Shown in pieces: positions 1-12,191 of a stretch of 64,000 nucleotides of DNA (positions are counted from its first letter, which is position 1; every line of letters begins with the position of its first letter). The DNA lies in assembly GCA_029717555.1 (NCBI GenBank), contig JAMDHS010000016.1, positions 62,001 through 126,000 of the forward strand, read 5' to 3'. Under the pieces are notes generated by a model that saw nothing but the letters and a program-made list of their open reading frames with translations, did no database searches and had not been told where the DNA came from. Source of the stretch: Peribolospora baueri (Eukaryota). A program made the translations under genes and the position numbers.

Positions 1-1619
1 TCTTCCAGCTGATCACGTCGTCAGTTTTGACGTAGCCCATCGCCTTCATCGCCTTTGCGATGCTCAGCGACGTCTGCAGCCACGAGCGCTCGCCCGTCTC
101 CGTGAAATAGTAGCCATCTGGGCCGTTGGGCGGTTTGGGGGGAGCTGCCGGGACCGCAGACATAAAATCATCGGTGGGTGGTGTAGACGAAATGGGGAAG
201 ATGTTCGGGTAGGAGGATTGGAGGGTGCACCGGAGGAGGTGGAGGTAGAAAGAGGAGAGGTCATCAATGTGCACGTGGTTCCATAAGGGTACACCCTTTC
301 CGACGACGTGCACGACGCCCGAGTTGATGGCATCGCGGATGAGCATGGGGATCTAGGAGCGAAAGAAACATCCGGTGACATTGTCAACGGCCCGTTTCCA
401 TGGAGGCCGTGCACCAGGCTGAACCGACAGGCTGGCCGACACCTCACTTGCAGAGAAGTGATGTTGAAGAAACCTCTCCCTCTTCCGTCTGTCAATGGGC
501 GGCCGGCGAAGCAAGTAAAAAAAAAAAGAGGAGAGCCGAAAATGAGAACAAATCCTGTCAGCTTTCGTAGCCGTCCACAACCTCCCCTCATTGCCGGACG
601 CAATGCGAGCGCGGGTCCGCTTCCACGCACTCACAGACCGTGGGAGGCATGACGATGTAACTATCCACATCTCCCCTCGTCCCTGCCTCCTCGATGAGGA
701 TGTCCACGGCCCGATGAGGCTGCTGGAGCCCGAGCTGGCGGATGTCGTCGACGATCGTGTCGTAATACACCTTCGGGTTTACGTAGTTCCCGCACGCGTC
801 GTCCGCCAGGATAGCAGTTCCGGATGTCTATGCCGTGGAGAGGGGAAAGAAAGACGGAAGATGAGAGTCGCGATGGAACAGTGGCTGCGAAGCTCCATCA
901 CCGCACCAGCGCCGTCCGCGCAGACACACTCGGTGATGAGGGACTAACATGAATCAGAATGCCCGGCCTGCCCGTTCCCTCCTTTCGGTGTTTGAGACCA
1001 TGGATGATGGCCTTGGCCGCGGGGACATGATCTGCGTGGGCAGTATGGATGACGACTGTGGAAGGAAGGAAAGTGAACGAGTCTGAGCTGCAAGCCTTTC
1101 GCACGGCCCAGGCTCTTCTGCAAAGTCAATTACCGACGATGCCGGAGCCAGAGCTCACCGTCCGACTCGCCAGACTCTCTCCGAATGACCCTGAAATCCT
1201 CCAGGGTGCCCACCTTGGGCACGACGTGCCCCCTGGTGAATCTCTTCAGCTCTTCCGCCTGCTCGTCGTTGCGCACCAGCGCGCTGATGGACAACAGTGG
1301 CGCGAGGTCGGATTGGAGGAGGTCGTGGAGGACCGTTCCCCCCTAGGAAGCGAGCGAGGGAAGGCGCCATGCCGAGACGCCAAGCCATGGGTGGTATTCG
1401 GGCGCCGGTCAGTTTTTTTGGCCGCATCAGTACCAGCTTAGAAGAGTGATAACGGGGCAAGAAACGCCGGCAGGAAGAGGTTCGCGGCGTGTACGGAGTC
1501 GGACGCTAGCTCACGATATATCCCGTCGCGCCGGTCAAGAAAAGGAGGATCTTCTGTGGAGCACTCCTCCCTCCGTGCGTCTGCGTAGGCGTCGTCGGGG
1601 TCGATCCACCGTCATCCAT
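1..1619 (-). CDS. NAD(P)-binding epimerase/dehydratase (extended SDR) family protein, multi-exon, 3' end runs off the window
   Basis: Spliced translation MDDGG...ILLFLTGATGYI|GGTVLHDLL...ISALVR...VVIHTAHADHVPAAKAIIHGL...ILIH|TSGTAIL...PHRAVD...YIVMPPTV...WNHVHIDDL. Has a Rossmann GATGYIG motif and gtgagc donors. Confidence 0.85.
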
Positions 1620-2235
1620 TCTGGTAGGACTGATCGCTTCGATCCTTGCACTGCACACAGATCTTTCGGTCTTCGGTCGTCGGAGCGAATGCTCGGGCCG
1701 TCCATTCAGATGCGGCGGGAACCGAGGGGGGAGAGGCAGAATCAGTGGTCAACAGTTCGAAACGTGGTAGGGCTCCAAGTCACCGAAGGTCTGCCGAGTA
1801 AAACGGCTGGGTGAACATGTATAGCGACGTAGGCGGCATATGGCGTTGGCTGAGAGAACAAAAGGAGGCTCAAAACGCAAGACGGGCTGACATGCTTAGA
1901 TTGGAAAGATTTGCACCTCGAGCCGTCTGACAAAGGGCAGGCAACCGAGCACCCGATCGTCTCCCGATCTCCCGATCAGGGGGTCACAAAGGGCAGAACG
2001 TCCATTGCGTACAGCATCGGAGAAAGGAAAGACGGACAGGATTGGGTCCACTACAGGGAGCCGCTCGAGAAGAATCCCATTGCGCGCAAAAAATCCACGT
2101 GATGCGCACGGCGAGGTAGTTGAAGGTCAGGTAAGGAAGAGTCAAGGGGAGCGTTTTGGTGACCGCGCCTTCACGCCGTCCTCATCGTCCCCAAGGCGGA
2201 CTGCGGACGAGAGACGGGTCGGCTCGGGTCCCAGC

Positions 2236-5232
2236 TCAAGTCTGCGCTGATTTGATGATGTCGGCGGCGCGCTCGGCTCTGCAGGAGAGGGGAGGACGGA
2301 GAAACGAATGAAGGGAAAATGGTCAGGGCGGAGCGAGCACAAGTCCATACGCGCCTCCTTTCCGGCCCACTCACACTCCGTACAGCGTCGAGGACAGGTG
2401 AGCGGAAATTTGGACACTGTCAAACGAAACCGAGTCAAGTCGACGCAAACATGGACATGGACGGTGGCGAAAGGAGAACGGGAGTCAGTGGACGTGGGAA
2501 GCTCGGCCGCGCCACCATCGCCCTCGAACCAGAGACTCACGGCAAGACAGAGGCGTCAACGACTCGAACGTTGTCCAACCCATACACCTTCAAGTCCGGA
2601 CCCACGGCGCCTCCAAGCTCTTCCGTCATCATGGCGACCGTGGCGATCGGATGGTCAACGGAGGTGAAGCTCTGCATGCAGGAAGGGAAGGGGCATTGGG
2701 GGAAAAGGGGAGAGAAAAAAAAAAAAAAAAAAGTGGCCGGTAAGAGGACGTTGGATAAATTTAAAAAAGCGTCTACCGTCGTTCGAGAGTCGCACGCCCC
2801 TCTCCAACTCCTCTCTCTTCCTAGAGAAAACCGCTGGGCTCACGTTCTTGATCCAATTCTCCCAATCGGCGTCGCTTCCCCCGTCCCCACCATCGGGAAC
2901 GGTGTTCGTCCCTGGCTGGTACTCGTTGGTGACGATGCTGGCCAGCGGTTGGGCTTTGAAGATATTCCGCGCGTTCCGGCACCCCGCCACTTGGAGCTGC
3001 ATGTCGAGCGGGTGGGCAAAGTCTGAGTATGGGAGTGAGGGCGTAGCGGTGGAAAAAAAAAGGGAGACTTGTTATTTTCACGCTCACGAGAATAGCGGGG
3101 AGGAGTAGAAGAGCGAAAGTTGACGAGAAGGAAAAGAAGCAAGTCGGAGACGACTTACATTGGGGATCGATCTTGGGGAGAGAGAAGGGGTCATTGGAGG
3201 TGATGTGAACGGTGCCTCGCGAGAAGACGAGGAGGTCCCAGAGGACGATGCCAACAGCGCTGTTGGAATTAGAAGGGTCAGGATTGCCTTATGGGGAGGG
3301 AAGGCGAAAAGAGAAAGAGTCAGGTTGGACGGCCATAACTCGGCCCGTGAGGCCGCGTGAAAAGGCTTGGAACGAGAACGACAGGTGCTCACCGCTGTCG
3401 AAGAACCACTCGACCACCGGTCCTGTCAAACGCCGGAAGACCAAGGTGTTGGGGGTGGAGGAGCACGAGCGAGAGCGAAGGGTGAAGGACGGAGGAGGCA
3501 AGAGGATATCATGTCATTCAATCTGTCCGCTCAGTGAGCCGGCACAGCCGATCTTAACTAGTCCTTCTTTCTAATCACACCGCCCCCAATGAGGTCCATT
3601 CGTGGCTCCACTCCACCTCACTCACCATTGTTATCCCAAATATCGCTGATTTGCTTCGTCCAGATTTGCATGAGCGCGCTCGCATTGCTCACCGCACCAG
3701 CCTGCTGGGCCTGCTGGGCGTACTTCTCGAGCTGGCTCTCCACGTCCGATCGGACGTTGGAGGCGTTGGACCCGAGCATCTGATAGACGTTCGGGAAGGC
3801 GATCACGTCCGCCGGGCCCGTGCCGTTCAAGTTGTAGCCGGAGGTTGTGGAGAAGGCGAGCATGCTAAGGGTCTGCTCCTGCAAGTTGCGCCCGATCCCC
3901 GGGTTCGACACGCGCATGGTGACGTTGGCCGCCTTGAGGACTCTGCATCGACGAACGGGGCAGGCAGAGAGATGGGAAGAGGTGAAGTGAGCGGCATGTC
4001 CGGCGGATGGGGAAGCGCTTCTTCCTCCTACGAGGATCGCCGTCGACCGACCGGGGCACCGGCGCGACTCACTCCGAGGCGCCGACACCGCTCCGCTCGA
4101 GCACCGCCGGGCTGTTGATGGCGCCAGCGGCAATGATGACCTCCCTGCTAGCGAAAGCCTGGTAGCTGTTGTGGTTGGCGTCCATCTGAAAGTTAACGCC
4201 GGTGGCCTTGGTGTGCGTCTGCTGGTCCCACACCAAGCTGGTGACTTGGTGACCGGTGAGGACAACGAGGTTGGGTCGCTGGTAGACGACGGGGTAGAGG
4301 TAGCCCGTGGCCGAATCGGAGCGCTGGTCGCCGCCCTGCCAGGAGATGGAGTTGGGCACGAAAGACACCACGTTCGGGGCCCCACCGTTGAGGTCGGGAG
4401 AGATGGTGAGGTTGTAGACCTCGTTCACCGTCTTTGCGAAATACGGCTGCTGGGTGCCGCCGTACCTGCCAAGAAGGGAAGGGAGAGAGAGTGTGAGCAG
4501 AATGAGAGGGCGACTAGCGTGTCCCGATGTGCGCTCACATGCCGTCCGAGAAGGTGGTCGAAATGGGACCAGAATAACCGTGGTCGTTGGGCGTGTAGTC
4601 GGCGCCCTTGGCCCGCTGGTCGGCGTTGGGAGGAGAGAATGTCTCGGCCTGGCCGAAGCGAGCGAATGTGCGGTTCGGCACGGTTTAGCGAAGGCTGCGG
4701 ATCGGGCGTCCGAGCCGCGTTAAGGGGAGGAAAGAGAGCTCACCTTCTTCATGTAGGTGAACATGTTGTCCCATCCCCACCCGTTGTCCCCGGACAACTG
4801 TGCGATCAAATCGTACTGTGCCTGACTGCCCCTGGTCCAGGTCATGCCGTTAATGGCGGAGCTCCCGCCCAACGTCTTGCCGCCTGCAATGTGCCGCTGG
4901 TAATGTCCGGCGGTGGGGAAGTTCCAATCGAGCTCGCTGCCAACGGCCTGGCCGTAAGCATGCGGGTCGGTGATGCGAGAGTCGTTCTGGTTGTCGTAAC
5001 CGGCCTCGATGACGAGAACCTTGATGTTGCTGTTCTCCGTCAGACGACCGGCGACGGTCAAGCCGGCGAGACCTCCGCCGACGACGATGTAATCATAGGT
5101 GGAGTTGGAGATGCCGTTCACAGAAGTGCCTATCGTACCGCGGCGGTGGAGCTGATGGTGATGCGCGGGGGGAAAGGCGAGAGACAGAGAGAGGAAGGGA
5201 ACGAAGGCGGCGAGGAGCTTAAGGGCGCCCAT
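2236..5232 (-). CDS. Secreted GMC oxidoreductase (AA3, glucose oxidase/aryl-alcohol oxidase-like), multi-exon
   Basis: Signal peptide MGALKLLAAFVPFLSLSLA; FAD motif YDYIVVGGGLAGLTVAGRL; GKTLGGSSAINGM; EVIIAAGAINSPAVLERSGVG; C-terminal YHPIAT...DLKVYGLDNVRVVDAS...AERAADIIKSAQT*. Confidence 0.95.
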
Positions 5233-6449
5233 CGCGATCCGATTTGTGCGCGAGACGCTGCCAAGTGTGCGGGGGGCACAAGGAACGGGCGGGGTCACTG
5301 GGGTCCTGTATTAAAGCAGGCTGAGAGAGACGGTGTGAGGTAGAGTCCTTGAAGAGCTGAGAAGAAGACGAAAAAAAAAAAGAGAGAATGAAATGAAGGT
5401 GGAACGAGGAGGGAAAGATGAGGGCCGGACTCTGTGCGCCTCGTGAGCCAAGCCTTATAACGAACGCCGGCGGTGGAAGGCAGCATGGACGAGAGGCCAT
5501 CTCGCTCGTTTCCCGGGCGAGCGCTCGGCGAACAGACGGGCAAAATGCCTCGCCTCGCAAGCGGGGCCGGCGGAAAGTGCCTGCGCGATAGCGTGATGTG
5601 ACGATCAGCTGGCTCGCCAGTGGGTTCGGGTGAAGGTGAGACAAAGCAAGGCAAGCAAAGGCGAGTGTTCCTGTCCCTGTCCCTGTCCCTGTCCTTGTCC
5701 TCGAGTTTGCTCTTTCGGATGAAGACGTGGAGTGTTCGACACATGTGGGGTGCAGGCGCGCGGTGTAGGCTGGACGCACAGGAGTGAGCAGGCGATTGAA
5801 GGCGGCGGTGAGAGCAAGCTAACCAGCGGAGGCGGTGCAAGGACGGACGGGACATGGTTCCGAGCGCCACAGCGAACAAGGGCGTAATGACCGTTTGCTT
5901 GCTCCGTCGTCCGACGGGTCGTGTCGTCGCTCATCGCCGAGCTCAGACGCTATCGCACCGGCCGCCGATCCCGTGGAGCCTCGGCTGCGGCAAGCCTGGT
6001 CGTTGGCGCCCGAGCCATTCGGATGAAGAGCGCGGGGAGATGCCAACTGACGTTAGCAAAGGACCGCTGGGCGTCTCCAGCTTCTTCCGCATTCTTGAGT
6101 AAACAGCGGACGGCAGTCGTCAAGCTAGACGAGGTCCGTCGCTGGAAGCAAGGTACACGCGCGTCCGTAGCGCTCGCGAAGGGGGGACCGGGACATACAA
6201 GGTCGTACAAAGTGTGGATAGCGAGAGAAGATGGAATTGGCAAAGGGTAGAAGAAGAGAATGTGCGGAGAGAGATGAGCCGGCGACACCGAAGAGAGCGT
6301 GCGGTATTGTTAAGAGGGCGGAAGAAGAGACAATAAAAAGCGGTACGAGGGGGCGGAGCTGACGGGACAACGGCTGAAGGGGACGAGCCTGGGGTACGAC
6401 ACACGTGAACGGAAGAAACACTCGCTCGGATTCTCTGCGCGCCATCGAT

Positions 6450-7847
6450 TCAGCTCCAAGCACCAGCACCAGCGGCCTTCTTCCCGCCGCCGCCGCCCCT
6501 TTTTTTGAGCGCTTGTGCGAGCTGACGAAGCAAAGTGGAAGGGAAGCGGTCAGTCAGAAGGAGTTTCCATCTGGGCGTCAGACGCAAAGCGACTCACCTT
6601 CTTCCCGAGCCCTATCCTCTTCTTGTCTTTGCCACCTAAAGGCGTCGGCGCGGGGGCCAAGCCGAGATCAGAACTGCTGGCGCTGCTCATGCTCCAGGCC
6701 TCGCGGAGAGCGCTCCCATTGGGATAGTAGGGCGTCAGCGTCACGGCTCGGCGACGCGAGGTGCCAGCGTAGGGCTCTTCTTCTCCGCCGGCACGAACGC
6801 CAGTGCTCTCGCCGTCCGTCTCGGCGTCCGTTATTAGAGTCCCCTCCGCGCGGTGGTCCGGATGGAAGGTCGACAGGAGCGGAGAGATGGGCTCGGCCAT
6901 CGCCATCGCCGTGCTGCCTTCGCGCATTTGCGGCGAACACGGAGGCGTCATCAGCCCGCCTCGGCCCATCTCTATCGCAGGCGAGCGTGTCCCACCCTCG
7001 TCGGCGTCGTGTGAGATGGGCCCGCCTTTGTCGTTTCCCTCGCCGAAAAGGCGATCCTCCGCGTTCTCGTCGTGCTGATCCACGAGCTGATCAGACGCAG
7101 TCGCCCCCTCGTCCTCCTTCTGCTGCCTCGGCTCGTCTCCAATAAAGTGCACATGACCATCGGCGACGCCCTTGGGCACCTCACCGTCCATCTCCCGGGC
7201 TGTCCATCTGTCGGCCAGACCGGTGAAGCCGAGGACAGCGGCAGCCTGAGCGGCGCGAAAGGCGACGGTGTCATAATACCCCACGCCGCCTTCTGCCACC
7301 GCCGGCCCAGTGGCTGCGCTCGGCTGTCGTCGTCTGACGCTGAGCGAAGGAGCCGCGGCGTACGCCGAGGAAGCGGCCGCGGTCAGACTGCTCTGCGCTC
7401 TAGCCGCGGCTCCCTGGCGAGGCGAGGAGGGAGTACAAGGCTCGCCTGCGATCAGTATACGCCGGCCTGCCTTGCGTTCCCTGGCTCTAGTCGATCTCGC
7501 TGCCGTTTTCGAGGACGGCCGAATGCACCCACCCTATAATCCAAGCCCCACACCCATGCTCCCATCCTATCTCCCGCGCCCTTGCCAAGATCACCGATGG
7601 CGGCCGCGAGTGCGGAAGCGCTCCTGGCAGCCTCGGATCGAGTGCCGACGCCCTTGGTCGAGTCGGAGCTCCAATGTCGGACGTGGGAGCTGGGGTTGTC
7701 ATGATGCGATGAGTCCGCGGGCAGATGTGCGAGGGAAGAAATAGAGGAGGGAGGGGACGGCCGGGGAGTGGCGGAGAGGTGAGACGGGTGGCGCAGGGAG
7801 GCCGGTTGAGGTGGGTGTGGGAGCAAGTCGTCAGAACCAGAGGCCAT
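6450..7847 (-). CDS. Hypothetical hydrophilic, low-complexity protein, 3 exons; paralogue of the gene at 37191-38841
   Basis: Exon 1 MASGSDDLL...ALAAAIGDLGKGAGDRMGAWVWGLDYR|gtgggt; exon 2 GAAARAQ...AAAVLGFTGLADRW...IGLGKK|gtgagt; exon 3 LAQALKKRGGGGG...W S*. Confidence 0.65.
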
Positions 7848-8938
7848 GATGGTGGGACTGCGAGGTGGGGGGCCGGAGAAAGAGAAGGAATGAGAAAAAA
7901 AAGAAAAGGGCTGGCTATGGAGAATATAAGGAGAGCGACGACGATAGGCAAGCGCGCCATCATCACGTCCGCCGCGCCGCCGCGGCAAGTACATAGATGT
8001 GCATGGCCATGGCCGCGTTCTCAGCCGATCTCCCGGCCCAGGGCTGCAGCGAGGTTGAGCTTGTATGTAAGGATTTAGGGTAAACGAAGACGACGTCATG
8101 ATCGCAACCCTCCTGAGCCTCGTCGCTCGCGATGCGCGATGACGATCGGACATCGTACACGACCGCCACGTGAAAGCAAGAGCAAGAGCAAGTCATCCTC
8201 CGTCCTGCTTTGCCCACAGACGGCTGTCGCTCACAACCACCAGAATCGCATCGCATCGCATCGCATCACATCACAATGTCCTGTCCGACTGGCGTGGAGC
8301 CCATCCTGACTGTGCGGCCAATCCGCCACATCTTCCGTCCCCCCCTCTGTGCACGTAGCGTACCGGTCGCTAAGCCCACATGGGTCTGATGATAGGGGGG
8401 AGGGTGCCATGTCCGGCGGGCGGATATGCGTCTGTTATTGGAAAGAAACAAGAGAAATGGCTGGTGTTCTGGATTCTGTTCATGCCTAACGCTCACCCGA
8501 TCGGGTAGGAGAAGAGCGCCTGTTGGTAGCTGTCGTCGTCATCTGGTCTGTTTTGCCCCGCCCAGGGAGGGCTGCCGGCCGCGATGGCTATCTCGCGAGG
8601 CTCGCTCGACCTGGTGCTCCCGGCTGCAAGACTCTGTCCTCTTCATCTCGTCCCACTTGCTCCTCGTCGTGGTGTTCGAGGAGTGAGTGATCCATCGTCG
8701 TCGAGGGCAGCAGCCAGGGAAAAGGATGAAAGGGGGCATGGCGGACGCTTTGGACGGCCAAGGCGAGCTCTTAATGAATTCTTAATGACATCTTAATCAC
8801 ATTACACCTCGTCCCCGCCCTTGAATATTCCCGCCGTCGGCTGCGGCAGCAGCGGTCGATCGCACACGACGCGAGCTCGGCCGTCGGTCGACGTTTGCCA
8901 TCGCTTCGACCACCATCGTGTTTCGGCTCTTTCCCAAC

Positions 8939-11561
8939 ATGTCTTTGGACAAGGTCAAGGTAGAGCCTACACAGCCTGAATTGCTTCGTGGTTCTCCGGC
9001 AGCGGAGCCTCACAGAGCTCAGGGCCCACCGAGACCGCCGGTCGAGGTCAAGAGGGAGCCATCCTCGTCCTCGTCCGCGTCCACCATCGCCGCCCCTCGG
9101 CCCGGCTGGGCTGACTACGCTCTCGTGTCGTCCAAGCGCAACGGCTGGAAACATAACATAATGAAACTGCACTCTCATATTCCCGTGGACCCCGCCCAGT
9201 TCTCGACGCCCGTCAAGCTCAACCGGAAAGAGCCCCCAAAGCCTCCGCCGCCGCCTCCAAAGCTAGGCGACACCGTGTTGGCGCCCCACGGCAAGCCCCT
9301 TCTCAGGCCGGATGGAAAGCCGTGGCTGGTCGGTCAGCCAGGGGCGGAGGACGCTAAGCGCGAGGCGGAGCAGAAAGCAAAGGAGAAGGAGGAAGGCAAG
9401 ATCAATCGGATGACCATCGACCCGACCAAGGTGGCGCCGCAGGGGGACGCAGTGAAGAACAAGGCGAACCTGTTCAAGAAGCGGACGAGGCAGGTCTTCT
9501 ACGCGCCAGAGGAGGAGCGCGAGACGAGAAGGGAGGAGTGGCATCCTTGGGTCTTGGAGGATTTCGACGGCAGGGAGGTGTGGACGGGAAGGCTGGATGG
9601 CGCTCACAACGACAATCTCTGCTACGTCCTCTTCATCTCCGACGACGATGAGGAGCATTTTAAAGTGGTGCCCGTGGACAAGCATTACAAGTTTACGCCG
9701 CGTCCCAAGTTTGCCACCTTGACGACCGAAGAAGCGGAAGCCGAGGTGAGGATGTCGTGGGCTTTGGCTCGCGCGTGCACGCACTTAGGCCGCTCGCCGT
9801 CCTGTTTGTTGTTTGTGCCTCCTTTGCCACTCAGTATGCGCGCATACTGAAGAACCGCGATCCAGCGCGATGGCTCATGTCCGAGAGGAAGAAGGCGGTC
9901 GAGGCCGCGGCCCAGGCTGGTGGTGGCTCGGGCGAGACGTCGCAAGGTCGGATCAAGACCGAGCCTCGATCGGACGGCTTGTCGCGGGCCAAGAGGGAGC
10001 CTGTGGTGTTTGATTTTGGGGCTCCGAACCCGTACGAAAACTTTACGCGGCGCCGTGGTGGGCCATCAGCGGGCGAGCGGAGCAGTGGCGGCCTGTTCTT
10101 CCCTAACAGAGGACGGCTGAGGACGGTGGACAGGGGACCCGCTCAAGAACGTGATTCTGATGACGACACGGCGGGCAGGCGGCGTCGACAAGTAAGTCGT
10201 GCTGACCGCGCGTTGTGGCGGATATCGCGCTCAACGTTTATTCGTATTTGCCTCTCTCCAGGAAGGCGCAGAAGGGGATTACGACGAGGTGGAATACGAG
10301 GAGGAGTTTGCGGACGACGACGAACGGCAGGAGTTGGAGGCACCGAAAGACGATGATGAAGAGAAGGAGCTAGAGGTGAGGAGCGGCCTGAGTTTGTACG
10401 CCTTGTTGTGGCGCCTCGCTGACCGCGTGCCGTCTCTGTCCTCGTTTCTTATGACGCGCGACGACACGATTGTTCAGGAGAGGATCAAGGCGGACATGCG
10501 GAAAGCTAAAGTGCTGGCCGACAACGAGGCGGGTGATGATGAGGAGGAGGAGGAGAGCGAGACGGGAAAGAAGCTGACGAGCGCAGGAAACAAGTTGCGC
10601 AAGTTGGTCAAGGATCTGGAGAAGAATGACGTGTACTCGAGCGATGAGGACAAGAACCCTTATGCAAGCTCGGTGAGTGTGGGTGGGGGCTTGACGGGAC
10701 TGTGCCGGCCGGCCGGGTACGGTTTCTCACGTCGTTTTTGTCATTACACCACGCGTTTTTCGGTAGGAGGAGTCGAGTACGGAAGATCTTTTCGGGTCTG
10801 ATCAAGAACAGACGGAGACCAAGGCCGAGGAGGCATCCACGGCGGCGACGACGGCGGTCGCGGGCGGGACGTCGTCGTCGGAGACGACGCCACACGGCGG
10901 CGGCACTCCTTCTGGCAGCAGTCAAACGAATACAGGCGGCGGCGCGATGCAGAATTCCAGGACGGCGGCACGTCTGGCGCACGGAGGTCAGCAGCGGCCA
11001 TCACACCACCACCGTCCTGGGAGTGTGGGACCAGGTCAGGCCGGTCAGCCACGGGGCTCAAGCCCGAGCGGAAGAGGGAGCTCGGCGGGGAGCGGTGCGG
11101 CGGTGGTGGTGAGGCGAGCGACGAGCCCTCAGCGGTCGGGCAGCAGAAGCGCGAGTCCGGCCGGGCCGGCGGCCGGGGGGTCGTCGTCGAGCCTGAAGCG
11201 CAAGGCGGACGGGGCGCCGGACCGGTCGACGAGTCCGGGGCAAGGACAGCAGGGGAAGAGGCGCAAGTCGTCGCCGTCGGCGGCGGGCTCACGAGCGGGC
11301 TCTCCAGCGTCGGCGTCGGCGGTCGGGTCGCGTGCGGCGTCTCCGGCGTCGAGCTCTGCTGCTCCGCCGTTCAAAGGGGCGATCACGGAAGCAGAAGTAG
11401 TATCGCTACTGAAGAGCAAGCCGATCGGGACAAAGGAGATGCTGCACCACTTTGCAAAGCAGCTCAAGTCGGACGAGAGGAACAAGGAGCGGATTCGGGT
11501 GGTGCTTAAGAAGGTGGCTAACTTGGTTGATGGTGTGCTCAAGGTGAAGGAGGGCTACTGA
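8939..11561 (+). CDS. TFG1: Transcription initiation factor TFIIF alpha subunit (RAP74/Tfg1), multi-exon
   Basis: KHNIMKL...PVKLNRKEP; FKKRTRQVF...RREEWHPWVLEDFDG...WTGRL...FKVVPVDKHYKFTPRPKFATLTTEEAE; acidic EYEEEFADDDE; C-terminal winged-helix-like ITEAEVVSLLKSKPIGTKEML...VLKKVA. Confidence 0.9.
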
Positions 11562-12165
11562 GCGGGGTGGGCGGGGTGGGATGGGATGCGATCGATCGGC
11601 TGGCCGGTCGGCCGTGGGGTCGCTTGTGTGCTTCGTGTTGTTAGCTCGGCGGTGTCGTTGTCGTTGTCGTCTTCGTCGTTCTTCGTTCGTCGTTCGTCAC
11701 TTGTCGTCGCCGTGGTGTGCGAATATGAGACATCTGCCCCAATACCCTGGCATCCCATGCCATGCCATGCCATTTCTTTGGACGAGGGCGTGATCCGATC
11801 CGTCGGACCGGGCGGCTAAACGCGACGCGGAGTGCGGAGTGCGGCGACGGCTAGCTCGGCCCGGCGTGTCGTTCTTGCCTTGCCTTGGATCTGGTGTCTG
11901 AGTGTCCGAATGTCCCTCCCTCCCTCCGTCCGTGCACACATCTTCTCCGACAGGGCGTGTGTTTTTTCGAGCGACTCGAGGACTGCGCTGCGCTGCGCTG
12001 CCTTGCCGCCTCCCGCGTCTTCGGCAGTGGTCATTCTTCCAACCAAGCTCCGCCGCCCTCCGACGGCGTTTTCTTCGGTTCATTTCTTTCTCTTTCTTTC
12101 GTTCTCTCCAGGGAGGCGCGACGATGCGATGAGGGTCCCCGCTCGGGCCATGTACGGACGGATGG

Positions 12166-12191
12166 TCGATCGATCGATCGATCGATCGATC
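12166..12191. repeat. (GATC)n tetranucleotide microsatellite
   Basis: tcgatcgatcgatcgatcgatcgatcg read directly; one of many short simple repeats at 11.6-16.5 kb. Confidence 0.9.

Noticed and set aside
4171..5343. Long antisense or overlapping ORFs (also 13771-14790, 37899-38681, 62799-63500)
   Set aside because: Shadow ORFs expected from high GC content opposite real genes.
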